Below, piece by piece: positions 28,690 through 38,837 of a stretch of 58,838 bases of DNA. Under the pieces are notes generated by a model. That model was not told the DNA's origin, made no database searches, and worked only from the letters and a program-made list of their open reading frames with translations. The stretch covers positions 1 through 58,838 of the IMG/VR virus record IMGVR_UViG_3300036779_000075; one strand, given 5' to 3'. The position numbers and the translations under genes are program-made. Each line of letters begins with the position of its first letter. Positions within the stretch are counted from its first letter, which is position 1. This DNA is from a virus. Lineage: Duplodnaviria > Caudoviricetes.

Positions 28690-29439
28690 GTGGCCAAGCA
28701 GTCCGGCCTCGGGATGGGCGCCCTGGTGGGCGGCTACGACCTGTCCGGCGACATCATGTCCTTCTCGAAGATCTCCGGCTCGGTGGCGACCCTCGATGTC
28801 ACCCCGATCAGCAAGTCGGCGTTCGTGCGGATCTTCGGGCTGCGTGACGGCGGTATCGACTTCAACACCGCGTTCGACTCCGCTGCCGGCGCCTCGCACC
28901 CCGTGCTCGCAGCGCTGCCGCGCGGCGACGTGCAGGTCATGGGGTGCATCAACCTCGTGGTCGGCGGCGAGGCTGCCTGCGAGGTCGCCAAGCAGATCGA
29001 CTACAACCCGAACCGCGCCAACACGGGCATGCTCGACGCCGCCGTCACTTCCCAGGCCAACGGCTACGGCCTGGAGTGGGCGAAGCTGCTGACCGCCTAT
29101 CTGCGTACGGACACGGCGGCGACGAACGGCGCGAGCTATGACAGCGCCGCGTCGTCGTCGTTCGGGTTCCAGGCCTATTTGCAGGTCACGGCGTTCACGG
29201 GGACGGATGTGACGGTCAAGTTGCAGGACTCGGCGGACAACGCGACATTCGCTGACCTCGCGGGCGGCGCGTTCACGCAGATCACGTCGGGCACGCCGCA
29301 GGCGCAGCGGATCGCGGTGGGCAACACGGCGACGGTGCGCAGGTACATCCGCGCGGTCACGGTCACTACGGGCGGTTTCACGTCGGTGACGTTCGCGGTC
29401 GCGATCAACAAGAACCCGGTGGCTGGAGTGGTGTTCTGA
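28690..29439 (+). CDS. Tail tube-like protein 1 (with C-terminal extra domain)
   Basis: MAKQSGLG, LDVTPISKSA..RI.GLRDG; VKLQDSADN. Confidence 0.65.
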   Translation: MAKQSGLGMGALVGGYDLSGDIMSFSKISGSVATLDVTPISKSAFVRIFGLRDGGIDFNTAFDSAAGASHPVLAALPRGDVQVMGCINLVVGGEAACEVAKQIDYNPNRANTGMLDAAVTSQANGYGLEWAKLLTAYLRTDTAATNGASYDSAASSSFGFQAYLQVTAFTGTDVTVKLQDSADNATFADLAGGAFTQITSGTPQAQRIAVGNTATVRRYIRAVTVTTGGFTSVTFAVAINKNPVAGVVF

Positions 29440-29879
29440 TGTTCGATCAGCAGCCCAACCGGATCGCGCCGCTCGGCCCGTCGTCGGCGTACGTCACCTA
29501 CGCGATCAGCATGCGCCCGGATACCGGGTTCCGGTTCACCTGCCAGGAGGTGGGGTGCGAGTACTGGCGTGAGGGCTGGGATTCGCCGGTCGACGAGCGC
29601 ACCGAGCAGGGCCGGATGTGGGCGCACGTGATCCGGCACGAGTCGCGGCGCACGTTCAAGGAACTGCGGCGCGAGGACGGGGTGACGGTGTTCCGGTTCG
29701 ACCCGTATCAGCGGTGTTTCCGGGATCACGACACGCTGCCGGATCTTTTCGTGGTGCGGGACGGGGACTGGCGCGGCAATCCGACCAAGCGCGGCCGGGT
29801 GCACGCCAACGGCCTGGAGTGGGCCGAGGACTTTCAGGAGCACGAGGGTGCCCTGGCCGATCTGCGACAGAGAGGGTGA
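29439..29879 (+). CDS. hypothetical tail-region protein
   Basis: TGATG-coupled; TCQEVGC. Confidence 0.65.
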   Translation: MFDQQPNRIAPLGPSSAYVTYAISMRPDTGFRFTCQEVGCEYWREGWDSPVDERTEQGRMWAHVIRHESRRTFKELRREDGVTVFRFDPYQRCFRDHDTLPDLFVVRDGDWRGNPTKRGRVHANGLEWAEDFQEHEGALADLRQRG

Positions 29880-29885
29880 TATCAA

Positions 29886-30299
29886 GTGGCGAAGACTAGC
29901 GGCCTCGGCGCGACGGTGATCGTGGACGATGCGAGCAGTGTCGCTCAGACGATCAGCAACGACCTGACCGACTTCCAGTTCGCGACCCCGCGCGCTGTTC
30001 AGGACATTACAGGTGTTGACAAGTCGGCGCACGAGCGGCTGCTGCTGCTCGTGGACTACTCGGGGACGTTCAAGGGCGTGTTCAACACGGCGGCGAACAT
30101 GTCGCACGCCGTCATGAAGACGATCCCGTCCACGTCGGTGAACCGGAACGTGAAGGTCGAGCCCACGAGCGGGTCGACGCCGTACCTGTCGTGCCTGTGC
30201 GTGCTGACGGACTACGCGCTCACGCGCTCGAACGCGGGTGACCTCACCTGGTCGGTGCCTGCAGCCTTGGCTGACGGCACCGTCCCCAGCTGGTCGTAA
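29886..30299 (+). CDS. Major tail (tube) protein-like 2
   Basis: MAKTSGLG, QDITGVDKSAHERLLLL; directly before the chaperone. Confidence 0.7.
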   Translation: MAKTSGLGATVIVDDASSVAQTISNDLTDFQFATPRAVQDITGVDKSAHERLLLLVDYSGTFKGVFNTAANMSHAVMKTIPSTSVNRNVKVEPTSGSTPYLSCLCVLTDYALTRSNAGDLTWSVPAALADGTVPSWS

Positions 30300-30309
30300 G
30301 GACACTGGT

Positions 30310-30726
30310 ATGGGTTTCAAGGCCAAGAAGAAGCTGTACCTCCTCCGCTTCGCCGCCGACCACGACCTGGCCGGCCTCGAAGTCACCATGTCGTCGGTGT
30401 CCATGGGCGCGCTGCTCAGCCTCCAGGAGATGTCCACCCGGCAGGACGAGATCGTCCGGGACAAGACCCAGTTCCGGGAGATGATCGAGGTCTTCGCCGG
30501 GGCGATGATCGGCTGGAACCTTGAGGACGACTTCGACCGGCCGATCCCGATCACGGTCGACGGAGTGCTCACCCAGGACACCGACTTCATCATGTCGATC
30601 ATCGTCGAGTGGACGAAGGCGATCTCCGGCGTGTCCCGCCCTTTGGGCGACGGCTCGACCTCTGGCGGGCAGTCCCCGGAGGCGTCGCTGCCGATGGAAC
30701 CAAGGTCACCGAGCCCCCCGAGCTGA
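30310..30726 (+). CDS. Tail assembly chaperone (G)
   Basis: WNLEDD..RPIP; between tail tube and tape measure. Confidence 0.8.
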   Translation: MGFKAKKKLYLLRFAADHDLAGLEVTMSSVSMGALLSLQEMSTRQDEIVRDKTQFREMIEVFAGAMIGWNLEDDFDRPIPITVDGVLTQDTDFIMSIIVEWTKAISGVSRPLGDGSTSGGQSPEASLPMEPRSPSPPS

Positions 30727-30863
30727 AACGCGCCCGCTTCGTCCTGAACGCGCTGGAGCGGTTCAACTACCCGTCCCTGGCCGCGCTGTACGCCGAGGAC
30801 GCCGAACTGATGCAGCTGCTGGCCATCGAGGAGCGAGGGAGGCCCGAGAGCGATGACAGCTAA
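30639..30863 (+). CDS. -1 frameshift extension (GT-type tail chaperone); slippery C CCT TTG at 30639-30645
   Basis: X XXY YYZ heptamer in frame; -1 ORF runs to 30863, overlapping the tape measure start. Confidence 0.75.
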   Translation, partial: PFGRRLDLWRAVPGGVAADGTKVTEPPELKRARFVLNALERFNYPSLAALYAEDAELMQLLAIEERGRPESDDS

Positions 30864-33057
30864 CCTCATCGAGATCGTCATCTCGGGCAAGAACCTCGCC
30901 GGGCCCGCGATCAAATCCGCAGGGGAGCAGGCCAGCGGCCTGGGCGGCGTGATGGGCAAGATGGCCAAGTTCTCCGTCGAGGCGCTGGGCGCGGTGGCGG
31001 CGGAGTCGGTGCACATGGCCACCGAGTACGAGTCGTCCACCACCCGCCTGGTGACCTCCGCCGGGGAGCAGAACAAGAACCTGGACATGGTCCGCAAGGG
31101 CATGCTGGACATGGCCGGGCAGGTCGGGGTGTCGGCGCTGGATTTGTCGAAGGCCATGTACTTCGTCGAGTCCGCCGGGTTCCACGGCGCGGAAGGCCTG
31201 ACGGTGCTGAAGGCCGCGGCCCAGGGCGCGGCGGCGGAGGGCGCGGACACCACGACCGTGGTCAAGGCGATGACCGACGTGCTGGTGGACTACCACCTGA
31301 AGGCGTCGGACGCGGGCAAGGTCACCTCACAGATGATCACGGCGGTGTCGTTCGGCAAGACCTCGCTCCAGGAGTTCTCCGGCGCGTTCGCGAGCATCGT
31401 CCCGGCCGCGTCCGCCGCCGGCATCTCGTTCAACGACGTGGCCGCCGCGCTCGCGGAGATGACCAACCACGGGTTCACCGCGAACCGCGCGTCCCAGAAC
31501 CTCGCGCAGGCCCTGCGGTCGCTGCTGAATCCCACCGGGCCGATGACGAAGGCGTTCGTCGAGTTCGGGGTGTCCTCCGAGGAGCTGAAGAAGAAGCTCT
31601 CCGGTCCGAACGGCCTGACCGACGCCATGGAGTACCTCTCCCAGAAGGCGGAGAAGGCGGGCAAGGAGGGCACTCCGGCGTTCGCCGCGGCCTTGAAGCT
31701 GCTGATGGGTACCGCGCCCGGCGCGAACGCCGCGCTGGCCACGGTCGGGGAGAACTTCGACGCAACCAGCAAGGCCATCAAGGGGATCGGGAAGGCGAGC
31801 ACCGATTCGAAGGGGCAGGTGCAGGGCTTCGCGGAGATGCAGGCGACGTTCGGGCAGAAGACGAAGGATCTGCGCGCGACCCTGGACTCGCTGATGATCG
31901 AGTTGGGCAACAAGCTTCTGCCGGTGTTCAAGGACTTCGCCGACGCGATGCTGAACCATCAGGGCCTGGTGCTGGACCTGGTCAAGGTGTTCGGGGTGCT
32001 GGCGGGTGTCATGGTGGTGGCGGGCGCGGCGATGAAGGTGTGGGGCGCCGTGACGGCGGTCGCGTCCGGCGCGATGAGTGTCGCGCGGGGTGTGATGTGG
32101 CTGTTCACCGATGCGTGTATCGGCACGCGGATCGAGTTGGCGGCGCTGGCGGTGCAGGAGAGGCTGTCGGCGGCGGCGGCGTGGCTGATGAACGACGCGG
32201 CGATCGGCACGCGGCTGGGGCTGATGGCGCTCGCGGTGCAGGAGTTCGCGACCGCGACCGCGGCGAAGGCCGCCGCCGCCGCGCAGTGGCTGCTGAACGC
32301 CGCGATGGACGCGAACCCGATCACGCTGATCGTGATCGCCATCGCGGCCCTGGTCGGCGCGTTCATCTACCTGTGGACGCACGTGAAGGGCTTCCGGGAC
32401 TTCTGGAAGCAGGCGTGGCACGACGTGAGCAGCTGGTTCTTCGACGCGGTTCACGGGGTCGAGGGCGCGGCCGAGGCGATGGGCCGGTTCTTCACCGACA
32501 CGGTGCCGCGCTGGTTCCGCGACGCGGTCGGCGGGATCGAAAAGGCGTGGGATGCGGTGTACGACACGATCATCGCGCCGGTCAAGCACGCGTACGACGA
32601 CGTGATGGGCCTGGTCAATACGATGATCGGCGGTATCGAGCAGCTGCTCGGGATCGCGAACCAGTCGGCCGGGCAGGTCGGCAGCGACGTGGGCGGCATG
32701 GCTAACGCGATCAGCCAGAACCTCGCGCACGCCTCCGGAGGGGGCGGCGGCGGTGGCCGTGCGTTGGGCGGTATGGCGCACGGCGGGGTGTTCAGCGCGG
32801 CGGCGTCCGGTGGCGTGCGCGGCGGGTGGACGCGGATGGACGAGGACGGCTTCGAACTGGTGCGGCTGCCCAACGGCGCGACGGTGATGCCGCACGCGAA
32901 CGCGATGGGCGCGCTCGCCTCCCCGCAACCGGGAGGCGGCGCGGCGCAGACCGAGGTGTCGTTCGCCGGCAACATCGACTCGGCGTTCGCCACGTACTTC
33001 ATGCGCCTGGTCCGCGACGGGAAGATCCAGATCAAGCAGAAGGCACTGGTGCCCTGA
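30853..33057 (+). CDS. Tape measure protein (TP901-type)
   Basis: Ala-rich helical; AQWLLNAAMDANPITLIV; W/F-spaced repeats. Confidence 0.93.
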   Translation: MTANLIEIVISGKNLAGPAIKSAGEQASGLGGVMGKMAKFSVEALGAVAAESVHMATEYESSTTRLVTSAGEQNKNLDMVRKGMLDMAGQVGVSALDLSKAMYFVESAGFHGAEGLTVLKAAAQGAAAEGADTTTVVKAMTDVLVDYHLKASDAGKVTSQMITAVSFGKTSLQEFSGAFASIVPAASAAGISFNDVAAALAEMTNHGFTANRASQNLAQALRSLLNPTGPMTKAFVEFGVSSEELKKKLSGPNGLTDAMEYLSQKAEKAGKEGTPAFAAALKLLMGTAPGANAALATVGENFDATSKAIKGIGKASTDSKGQVQGFAEMQATFGQKTKDLRATLDSLMIELGNKLLPVFKDFADAMLNHQGLVLDLVKVFGVLAGVMVVAGAAMKVWGAVTAVASGAMSVARGVMWLFTDACIGTRIELAALAVQERLSAAAAWLMNDAAIGTRLGLMALAVQEFATATAAKAAAAAQWLLNAAMDANPITLIVIAIAALVGAFIYLWTHVKGFRDFWKQAWHDVSSWFFDAVHGVEGAAEAMGRFFTDTVPRWFRDAVGGIEKAWDAVYDTIIAPVKHAYDDVMGLVNTMIGGIEQLLGIANQSAGQVGSDVGGMANAISQNLAHASGGGGGGGRALGGMAHGGVFSAAASGGVRGGWTRMDEDGFELVRLPNGATVMPHANAMGALASPQPGGGAAQTEVSFAGNIDSAFATYFMRLVRDGKIQIKQKALVP

Positions 33058-33058
33058 G

Positions 33059-34747
33059 ATGAGCCCGTGGATCACACTGCCGCAGGACCCGGTCGTCGCG
33101 GGCGAGAGCGGGCACCTGAACGACCACCACAAGATCTATGCCGCGGTGCTCTCGCTATGGCAGGCGGCGGCGCAGGGCGACATCAACGCGATGGCGCCCC
33201 CGTACGGCGCGGTCGGCGACGGGGTGACCGACGACACCGCCGCGATCAATAACGCCCTGCTCGCGGCGGACGCGCAGGGCGGCGGCACCGTGCACCTTCC
33301 GCCGGGCAAGTTCCTGGTCTCCAGCGAGATCGACGTCCCGCCGAACACGACTCTGCAGGGCGCCACGCGCGTGACGCTGCCGTTCGATCCGTCCGTGGTG
33401 CCGCCGGTCTCGCGGATCGTGGCCGCCGCCGGCTGGGCGCCGGGCGCGGCGACCGGGATCGTGCGGTTCCGCTCGAAAACGCCCGGCGGCTGGTCGCAGC
33501 AGAACTTCTACTCGGGCCTGCGCAATCTGATGATCGACGGGTCGCTGAACGCCAGCGGCAACCTCAACGGCGTCTACATGGTGGGGCCGGTCTTCGACAG
33601 CCACTTCGAGGACGTGCTGGTCTACAAGGCGCCGCACAACGCCGTCACGGCGGCCGCGCAGGCCGAGACGGGTATCGGCCCCACGTTCCCGTGGCACGCC
33701 CGCTGGCGCCGGGTGACGGCCTACTACAGCGGGTTCCGCGGGTTCTCCGTCGTCAACTTCACGGACAGCGTCTACGAAGACTGCATGGCATTCGGGAATG
33801 TCGACAATGGGTGGATATTCACGAATACCGGCAACTCCGAGGTGCTCGCCTGCAAGGCCGAGTGGAACGGCGGCTCCGGGTTCGTGGTGACCGGCTCCGG
33901 TACGGGGATGGCGTTCACCGGCTGCGAGACCGACCAGAACACCTCCCGCGGCTTCTACCTCAACGCGGTCACCGACAGCGACGGCGGCGGCATCTCGATC
34001 ACCGGCGGCAAAACCCACACGGACGGGCACGACGGCACCAGCGCCTCGGTCGAGATCACCGCCTGCACGGTGCCGATCAACATCAACGGGTTGAACATCC
34101 AGGCGGGTGCCAACAGCGGCTCCACGTACCCTGTCAACGGCCTCAAAGCCACCGGCAATACGGGCCCGCTCGTCGTCAACGGCTGCACGCTCGCCGGCCG
34201 CACCAAGGGCTTCTCGAACGGCGGCACCAACGCCTCGCTGACCCTGGCCGCCAGCACGGAGTACATCGGCAACGCGGGATCGGCCGTGGCCGTGGCCTTC
34301 CAGCAGCGGTACATCAAGGCCGCCGACCAGACCGTCACCAACTCCGCCGCCTTCGTGGACGACGCCGACGTCGTCACCCCGTCGCTGCCCGCAGGCAGCG
34401 TGTGGGAGGTCGAGGGCCTGCTGGCGTACGACGACTCCACCGCCGGGGACTTCAAGTTCCAGTTCGCCAGCCCGGCCGGCGCCACGTTCGTGTGGAACAC
34501 GATGGGCGCCGGTACCGGCGCCGCGACGTCCCCGGTGAACATGGGATCCTCGATCGGCAGCGCCGGCAGCGTGTACGCGCTCGGCGGCGTCGGCGCCGGA
34601 ACCCAGGTCCCGGCCGTGATCCGCGGCATCCTCACCATCGGAGCCACCGCCGGCGTGTTCAAGCTCCAGTGGGCGCAGAACGCCGCGGACGCCGCGACCC
34701 TCACGGTGCGCGCCGGGTCCTACGTCAAGCTCAACCGGGTCTCGTAG
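33059..34747 (+). CDS. Tail spike / beta-helix (pectate-lyase-like) receptor-binding depolymerase
   Basis: YGAVGDGVTDDTAAI, GGGTVHLPPGKF, beta-helix repeats (N.G.GF). Confidence 0.8.
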   Translation: MSPWITLPQDPVVAGESGHLNDHHKIYAAVLSLWQAAAQGDINAMAPPYGAVGDGVTDDTAAINNALLAADAQGGGTVHLPPGKFLVSSEIDVPPNTTLQGATRVTLPFDPSVVPPVSRIVAAAGWAPGAATGIVRFRSKTPGGWSQQNFYSGLRNLMIDGSLNASGNLNGVYMVGPVFDSHFEDVLVYKAPHNAVTAAAQAETGIGPTFPWHARWRRVTAYYSGFRGFSVVNFTDSVYEDCMAFGNVDNGWIFTNTGNSEVLACKAEWNGGSGFVVTGSGTGMAFTGCETDQNTSRGFYLNAVTDSDGGGISITGGKTHTDGHDGTSASVEITACTVPININGLNIQAGANSGSTYPVNGLKATGNTGPLVVNGCTLAGRTKGFSNGGTNASLTLAASTEYIGNAGSAVAVAFQQRYIKAADQTVTNSAAFVDDADVVTPSLPAGSVWEVEGLLAYDDSTAGDFKFQFASPAGATFVWNTMGAGTGAATSPVNMGSSIGSAGSVYALGGVGAGTQVPAVIRGILTIGATAGVFKLQWAQNAADAATLTVRAGSYVKLNRVS

Positions 34748-34756
34748 GCGGCGGGC

Positions 34757-37558
34757 GTGGGCGGCTACAGCGACACCTACTCGGACCTGTACGACCCGGC
34801 TTTCCCGGCGTCGCCGCTGGACCTGCGCACCGAGCTGACGCTCGGCGGCGCGTGGACGGACATCAGCACCGGGGTGTACTACCGCGGCGGCGTGGCCATA
34901 GCGCGCGGGCACCCGGACGAGAGCTCCGCGGCCAACCCGGCCTCCAGCGCGATGACGCTGGACAACCGCGGCGGCGTGTTCAGCCCGCGCAACCCGCTCG
35001 GCCCGTACTACGGGCTGATCGGGCGCAACACGCCGCTGCGCCAGTCCGTGCCCGCCGGGTCGGTGTGCCTGCGCCTGGAGGACGGCACCAGCGGCTACGC
35101 CTCGTGCCGCGACCGGGCCGCCCTGGACATCACCGGGGACATCGACGTGCGCCTCGACATGCAGTTGTCGGGCTACGGGCAGATGACGCTCGCCACCAAG
35201 TGGCTCACGCTGGCGGACCGGTCCTGGGCGCTGCGCCTCAACCCCGACGGGACGCTCGCGTGGGAGTACCTGAACGGCGCGGGCGCCGGGCGCCTGGCGG
35301 TCGGCGACACCCCGATCCCGCTCGGGCGCGTCGCGGTGCGCGTGACCTGGAAGGCGGACAACGGGGCCGGCGGCCACACGACCACGTTCTACACGGCGCC
35401 CGCGATGGCCGGGCCGTGGACGCAGCTCGGCAGCTCCCTGAGCAGCGCGGGCGTCTTCACGCTCGCCGTCACCGCCGCGCCGCTGGTGGTCGGGTTCAGC
35501 CCCGGCTACATCACCAATACCGGGAACACGAACCACACCGGGCCGACGGGGAAGCTCTACGCGTTCGAGCTGCTGAGCGGTATCGGCGGCACACCGGTCG
35601 CGTCACCCGATTTCACGGCGCAGTCACCGGGCGCCGTGTCGTTCACCGACGCGCAGGCGAACCTGTGGAGCCTTGCCGGCGGTGCGGAGATCAGCGACCG
35701 CCGGTACCGCTTCCACGGCGAGGTCCCGGCGTGGCCGCCGCGCTGGGACGAGACCGGCCGCGACGTGACCACCCCGATCCAGGCCGCCGGCCTGCTGCGG
35801 CGCCTGACCCAGTCCGGCAGCGGCGGCAGTACGCCGATCAACTCGGCCCTGTACCGCGCGTACGTGCGGCTGGCCGGGCCGACGGCGCCGATCGCTTACT
35901 GGCCGTGCGAGGACGGCGCGACCTCGACGCAGCTGGCCTCGGCGCTGGGCGGTACCGCGATGATGGTGCGCGGCGCGCCGCAGCTGGCGAGCGACAGCAG
36001 TTTCCTGTGCTCGGCCGCGCTGCCGGTGGTCGGCGGCTCGACATGGGTGGGCGTGGTGCCGGCGGTGCCCACCTCGGCGAACACGCTGCGGTTTCTGCTG
36101 AAGGTCCCTTCTTCGTCGCCGCCCACGGACGGCGCGGTGCTGGCGCGGCTGTACACGTACGGCACCGTGAACCGCGCCGACCTGATCTACCGCACCGGCG
36201 GCGGCCTGCAACTGAAAGGCGTCGACCAGGCCGGGACGCTGATCTTCGATACCGGGGCCGTCGCGTTCGGGATCCTCGACCGGCAGCCGCGCGTGTCGGT
36301 GGAGTTGCAGGAGGTCGGCGGGGTCGTGCAGTACTCGATGGTCGCCGTGTATCCGGGCGTGCCGGGCGCCGTGAACTCGACGGGCACCGTCGCGGGCACG
36401 ATCGGGGGCGCCTACCAGGTGTGGATCGCGCCCGACGGCGACGTGGCGCAGGCCGTGATCGGGCACGTCACGGTGCAGGCGGCGTGGGACACCCTGTTCA
36501 ACATCGCCTCCGCGCTCGACGCCTGGCAGGGGGAGGGCGCCGCGGCCCGGTTCGCGCGCCTGTGCACCGAGGAGGGCCTGGGGTCGCGCGTGTACGGGCA
36601 CCCGGCGGACTCGACGCCCATGGGCCCGCAGGGCATCGCGAAACTGACCGAGCTGCTACAGCAGTGCGAGGACGCCGACGGCGGATTGCAGTTCGAGCCG
36701 CGCCAGACGCTCGGCCTGGGCTACCGCACCAGGGCGAGCATGCTCAACCAGGCGCCGGCGCTCGCGCTGGACTACTCGCTCGCGCAGCTGAGCCCCCCTC
36801 TGGAGCCGACTGACGACGACCAGTACGTCACCAACGACGTCACGGCCACGCGTACCGGCGGCGGCTCGTCGGCGCGGCAGATCGACAGCAGCGGCCCGAT
36901 GTCGGTGCAGCCGCCCCCGGCGGGCATCGGCCGCTACGACTCGGCGGTCAGCGCGAACCTCGCGTCCGACACGCAGCTGGACGACGACGCCGGATGGGCT
37001 GTGCACTTGGGCACGGTGGACGAGCTGCGCTACCCGGCGTTGAGCGTGCAGCTGGCGCGCGGCGAGCTGGCGGCGCTGTCCGGGCAGGCGCAGGACGTGG
37101 AGATCGGCGACCGGGTCACGGTGGTGAACACGCCCTCGTGGCTGCCGCCGGACGGCATCAGCCAGATCGTGCGCGGCATGAGCGAGGCCCCGTACGGCTT
37201 CACGTTCGGCATCACGTGGGTGTGCGTCCCGGAGTCGCCGTACCGGGTGGGGGTGTACGACGATCCGGTGCTGGGGCGGTACGACACGGACGGCTCCACG
37301 CTCCAGGCCGGGATCTCCGCGGCGGCGGTGACGATGCTGGTGACGACGTCGAATCCGGGTTCACCGCTGTGGACCACCATCGGCGGCGACTTCCCGTTCG
37401 ACATCGAGGTCGGCGGGGAGCGGATGACGGTCACGAACGTCACCGGCGCCAACTCGCCGCAGGCCTTCACGGTCACCCGCTCGGTCAACGGCGTGGTCAA
37501 GCCGCAGAAGCCGGGCACGGACGTGCGCCTGTTCCAGCCAGCCGTCTACAGCATGTGA
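34757..37558 (+). CDS. Large minor tail/baseplate hub protein with LamG-like domains
   Basis: LDNRGG.FSPRNP.GPYYG, LDITGDIDVR, AYWPCEDG. Confidence 0.8.
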   Translation: MGGYSDTYSDLYDPAFPASPLDLRTELTLGGAWTDISTGVYYRGGVAIARGHPDESSAANPASSAMTLDNRGGVFSPRNPLGPYYGLIGRNTPLRQSVPAGSVCLRLEDGTSGYASCRDRAALDITGDIDVRLDMQLSGYGQMTLATKWLTLADRSWALRLNPDGTLAWEYLNGAGAGRLAVGDTPIPLGRVAVRVTWKADNGAGGHTTTFYTAPAMAGPWTQLGSSLSSAGVFTLAVTAAPLVVGFSPGYITNTGNTNHTGPTGKLYAFELLSGIGGTPVASPDFTAQSPGAVSFTDAQANLWSLAGGAEISDRRYRFHGEVPAWPPRWDETGRDVTTPIQAAGLLRRLTQSGSGGSTPINSALYRAYVRLAGPTAPIAYWPCEDGATSTQLASALGGTAMMVRGAPQLASDSSFLCSAALPVVGGSTWVGVVPAVPTSANTLRFLLKVPSSSPPTDGAVLARLYTYGTVNRADLIYRTGGGLQLKGVDQAGTLIFDTGAVAFGILDRQPRVSVELQEVGGVVQYSMVAVYPGVPGAVNSTGTVAGTIGGAYQVWIAPDGDVAQAVIGHVTVQAAWDTLFNIASALDAWQGEGAAARFARLCTEEGLGSRVYGHPADSTPMGPQGIAKLTELLQQCEDADGGLQFEPRQTLGLGYRTRASMLNQAPALALDYSLAQLSPPLEPTDDDQYVTNDVTATRTGGGSSARQIDSSGPMSVQPPPAGIGRYDSAVSANLASDTQLDDDAGWAVHLGTVDELRYPALSVQLARGELAALSGQAQDVEIGDRVTVVNTPSWLPPDGISQIVRGMSEAPYGFTFGITWVCVPESPYRVGVYDDPVLGRYDTDGSTLQAGISAAAVTMLVTTSNPGSPLWTTIGGDFPFDIEVGGERMTVTNVTGANSPQAFTVTRSVNGVVKPQKPGTDVRLFQPAVYSM

Positions 37559-37565
37559 GGCCCTT

Positions 37566-38012
37566 GTGACGTCGAAGCCTGCCGCTGGTTCCCGCATCAA
37601 GGCGGCGAACGCGCCCGCGCCGTACCTGCTGTCGGCGGCGTGCTCCGCCCCGGTGACGGTGACGGGTACCGCGATGACGGACATCCCCGGCTGCTCGATC
37701 ACGTTCAGCACGGTGAACGCGAACGCCAGCGTGCTGGTGACCGGCGTGTTCGACGCGCAGGCGGTGACGATGTCGGGTGCCGCGGTGGCGACGGGGAACT
37801 GCGCCGTGGACGGGACGCTGCAGCCGGGCCAGGCCACGCACGATGAGATCGCGGTCGGCGACCGGGGCACCGTGTCGCAGGTGTGGAACGTGACGCTCGC
37901 CGCGGCGGGCAGTCACCTGATCAAGCTTCAGGGCGCGTTGTCGGGGGCGTCCGGGTCGACGCAGTTCAACGCGACGCACACGACGCTGACGCTGCTGGTC
38001 CTGGACTGGTGA
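37566..38012 (+). CDS. minor tail protein
   Basis: TDIPGCSITF; small beta protein at end of tail cluster. Confidence 0.65.
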   Translation: MTSKPAAGSRIKAANAPAPYLLSAACSAPVTVTGTAMTDIPGCSITFSTVNANASVLVTGVFDAQAVTMSGAAVATGNCAVDGTLQPGQATHDEIAVGDRGTVSQVWNVTLAAAGSHLIKLQGALSGASGSTQFNATHTTLTLLVLDW

Positions 38013-38073
38013 CGCGGCGTGGAGGGGTGCGGCATCATGTGCAGCAGGTTCTATTATCGGATGGAGATGTCCG

Positions 38074-38535
38074 GTGAGCGGTACGGCCGCGCACGAGCAG
38101 CGCGAGACGCTGCACATCCTCACCAGGGTTCCGGCGCACGAGCGGCGCGAGGACGACCCGCACTACCACCTGTTCGAGCAGGCCAAGGCGCGCCTGAAGC
38201 GGCAGGGGCTGTGGAAGTGCGTGATCGCCGACGACCTGTGCGAGGGCGAACCCGAACTGCACCACACGTACATCGAGTTCTCCCAGATCAACGAGGTCGA
38301 TCCGGAGAAGGTCGCCAGGGCGCTGGGGCTGCACTTCGCCAGCGACGAGGACTTCCAGGTGTGGGCGGAGTCTCCGGGGAACCTCGAGGTTCTGTGCCGT
38401 ACGCACCACATCTCGCACCTGGGGATCCACGTGCTGCCGGGGCCTTTGTGGGATGCGGTGCGCTTCCGCCGGGACGGGACCGAGGCGCCGGCCGAGTTCA
38501 TTCCGGCGAAGGACGTGCCGGGGGGCGCCCGGTGA
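38074..38535 (+). CDS. HNH-like metal-binding hypothetical protein
   Basis: C....C...ELHH...NLEVLCRTHH...GIH. Confidence 0.65.
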   Translation: MSGTAAHEQRETLHILTRVPAHERREDDPHYHLFEQAKARLKRQGLWKCVIADDLCEGEPELHHTYIEFSQINEVDPEKVARALGLHFASDEDFQVWAESPGNLEVLCRTHHISHLGIHVLPGPLWDAVRFRRDGTEAPAEFIPAKDVPGGAR

Positions 38536-38837
38536 ACTGGCTCATTCACGTCATGGGCCTGGACAATCCGGTCGGCCGATGGGAACTGTTCTGGTCGGGC
38601 ATCGCGAGCGACCTGACCCAGTTCTCGATTCCGGTCGCCGTGGTGGCCTTCTGGTACCACCACACATGCCACGTCAACCACCCCCGCTTCTGCTGGCGCC
38701 CCGGCACGCACCCCGTCGCCGGCACCTCGTACCGCGCGTGCAAGAAGCACCACCCCGCCGTGCCCGACCGGATCTCCGCCGATCACATCGCGCACGCGCA
38801 CCGCCAGGTCACGGACTCGACGGGGGGCGCGTCGTGA
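38532..38837 (+). CDS. small membrane protein with Cys/His C-terminus
   Basis: FWSGIASDL, one TM, CHV...CWR...CKKHHP. Confidence 0.65.
   Translation: MNWLIHVMGLDNPVGRWELFWSGIASDLTQFSIPVAVVAFWYHHTCHVNHPRFCWRPGTHPVAGTSYRACKKHHPAVPDRISADHIAHAHRQVTDSTGGAS

Noticed and set aside
33691-36813. 1040-aa ORF and other long Arg/Pro/Gly-rich overlapping or antisense ORFs (e.g. 7096-8916, 29175-31265, 33155-35536, 47066-48928)
   Set aside because: Typical stop-poor shadow frames of high-GC genes; they overlap well-supported CDSs.
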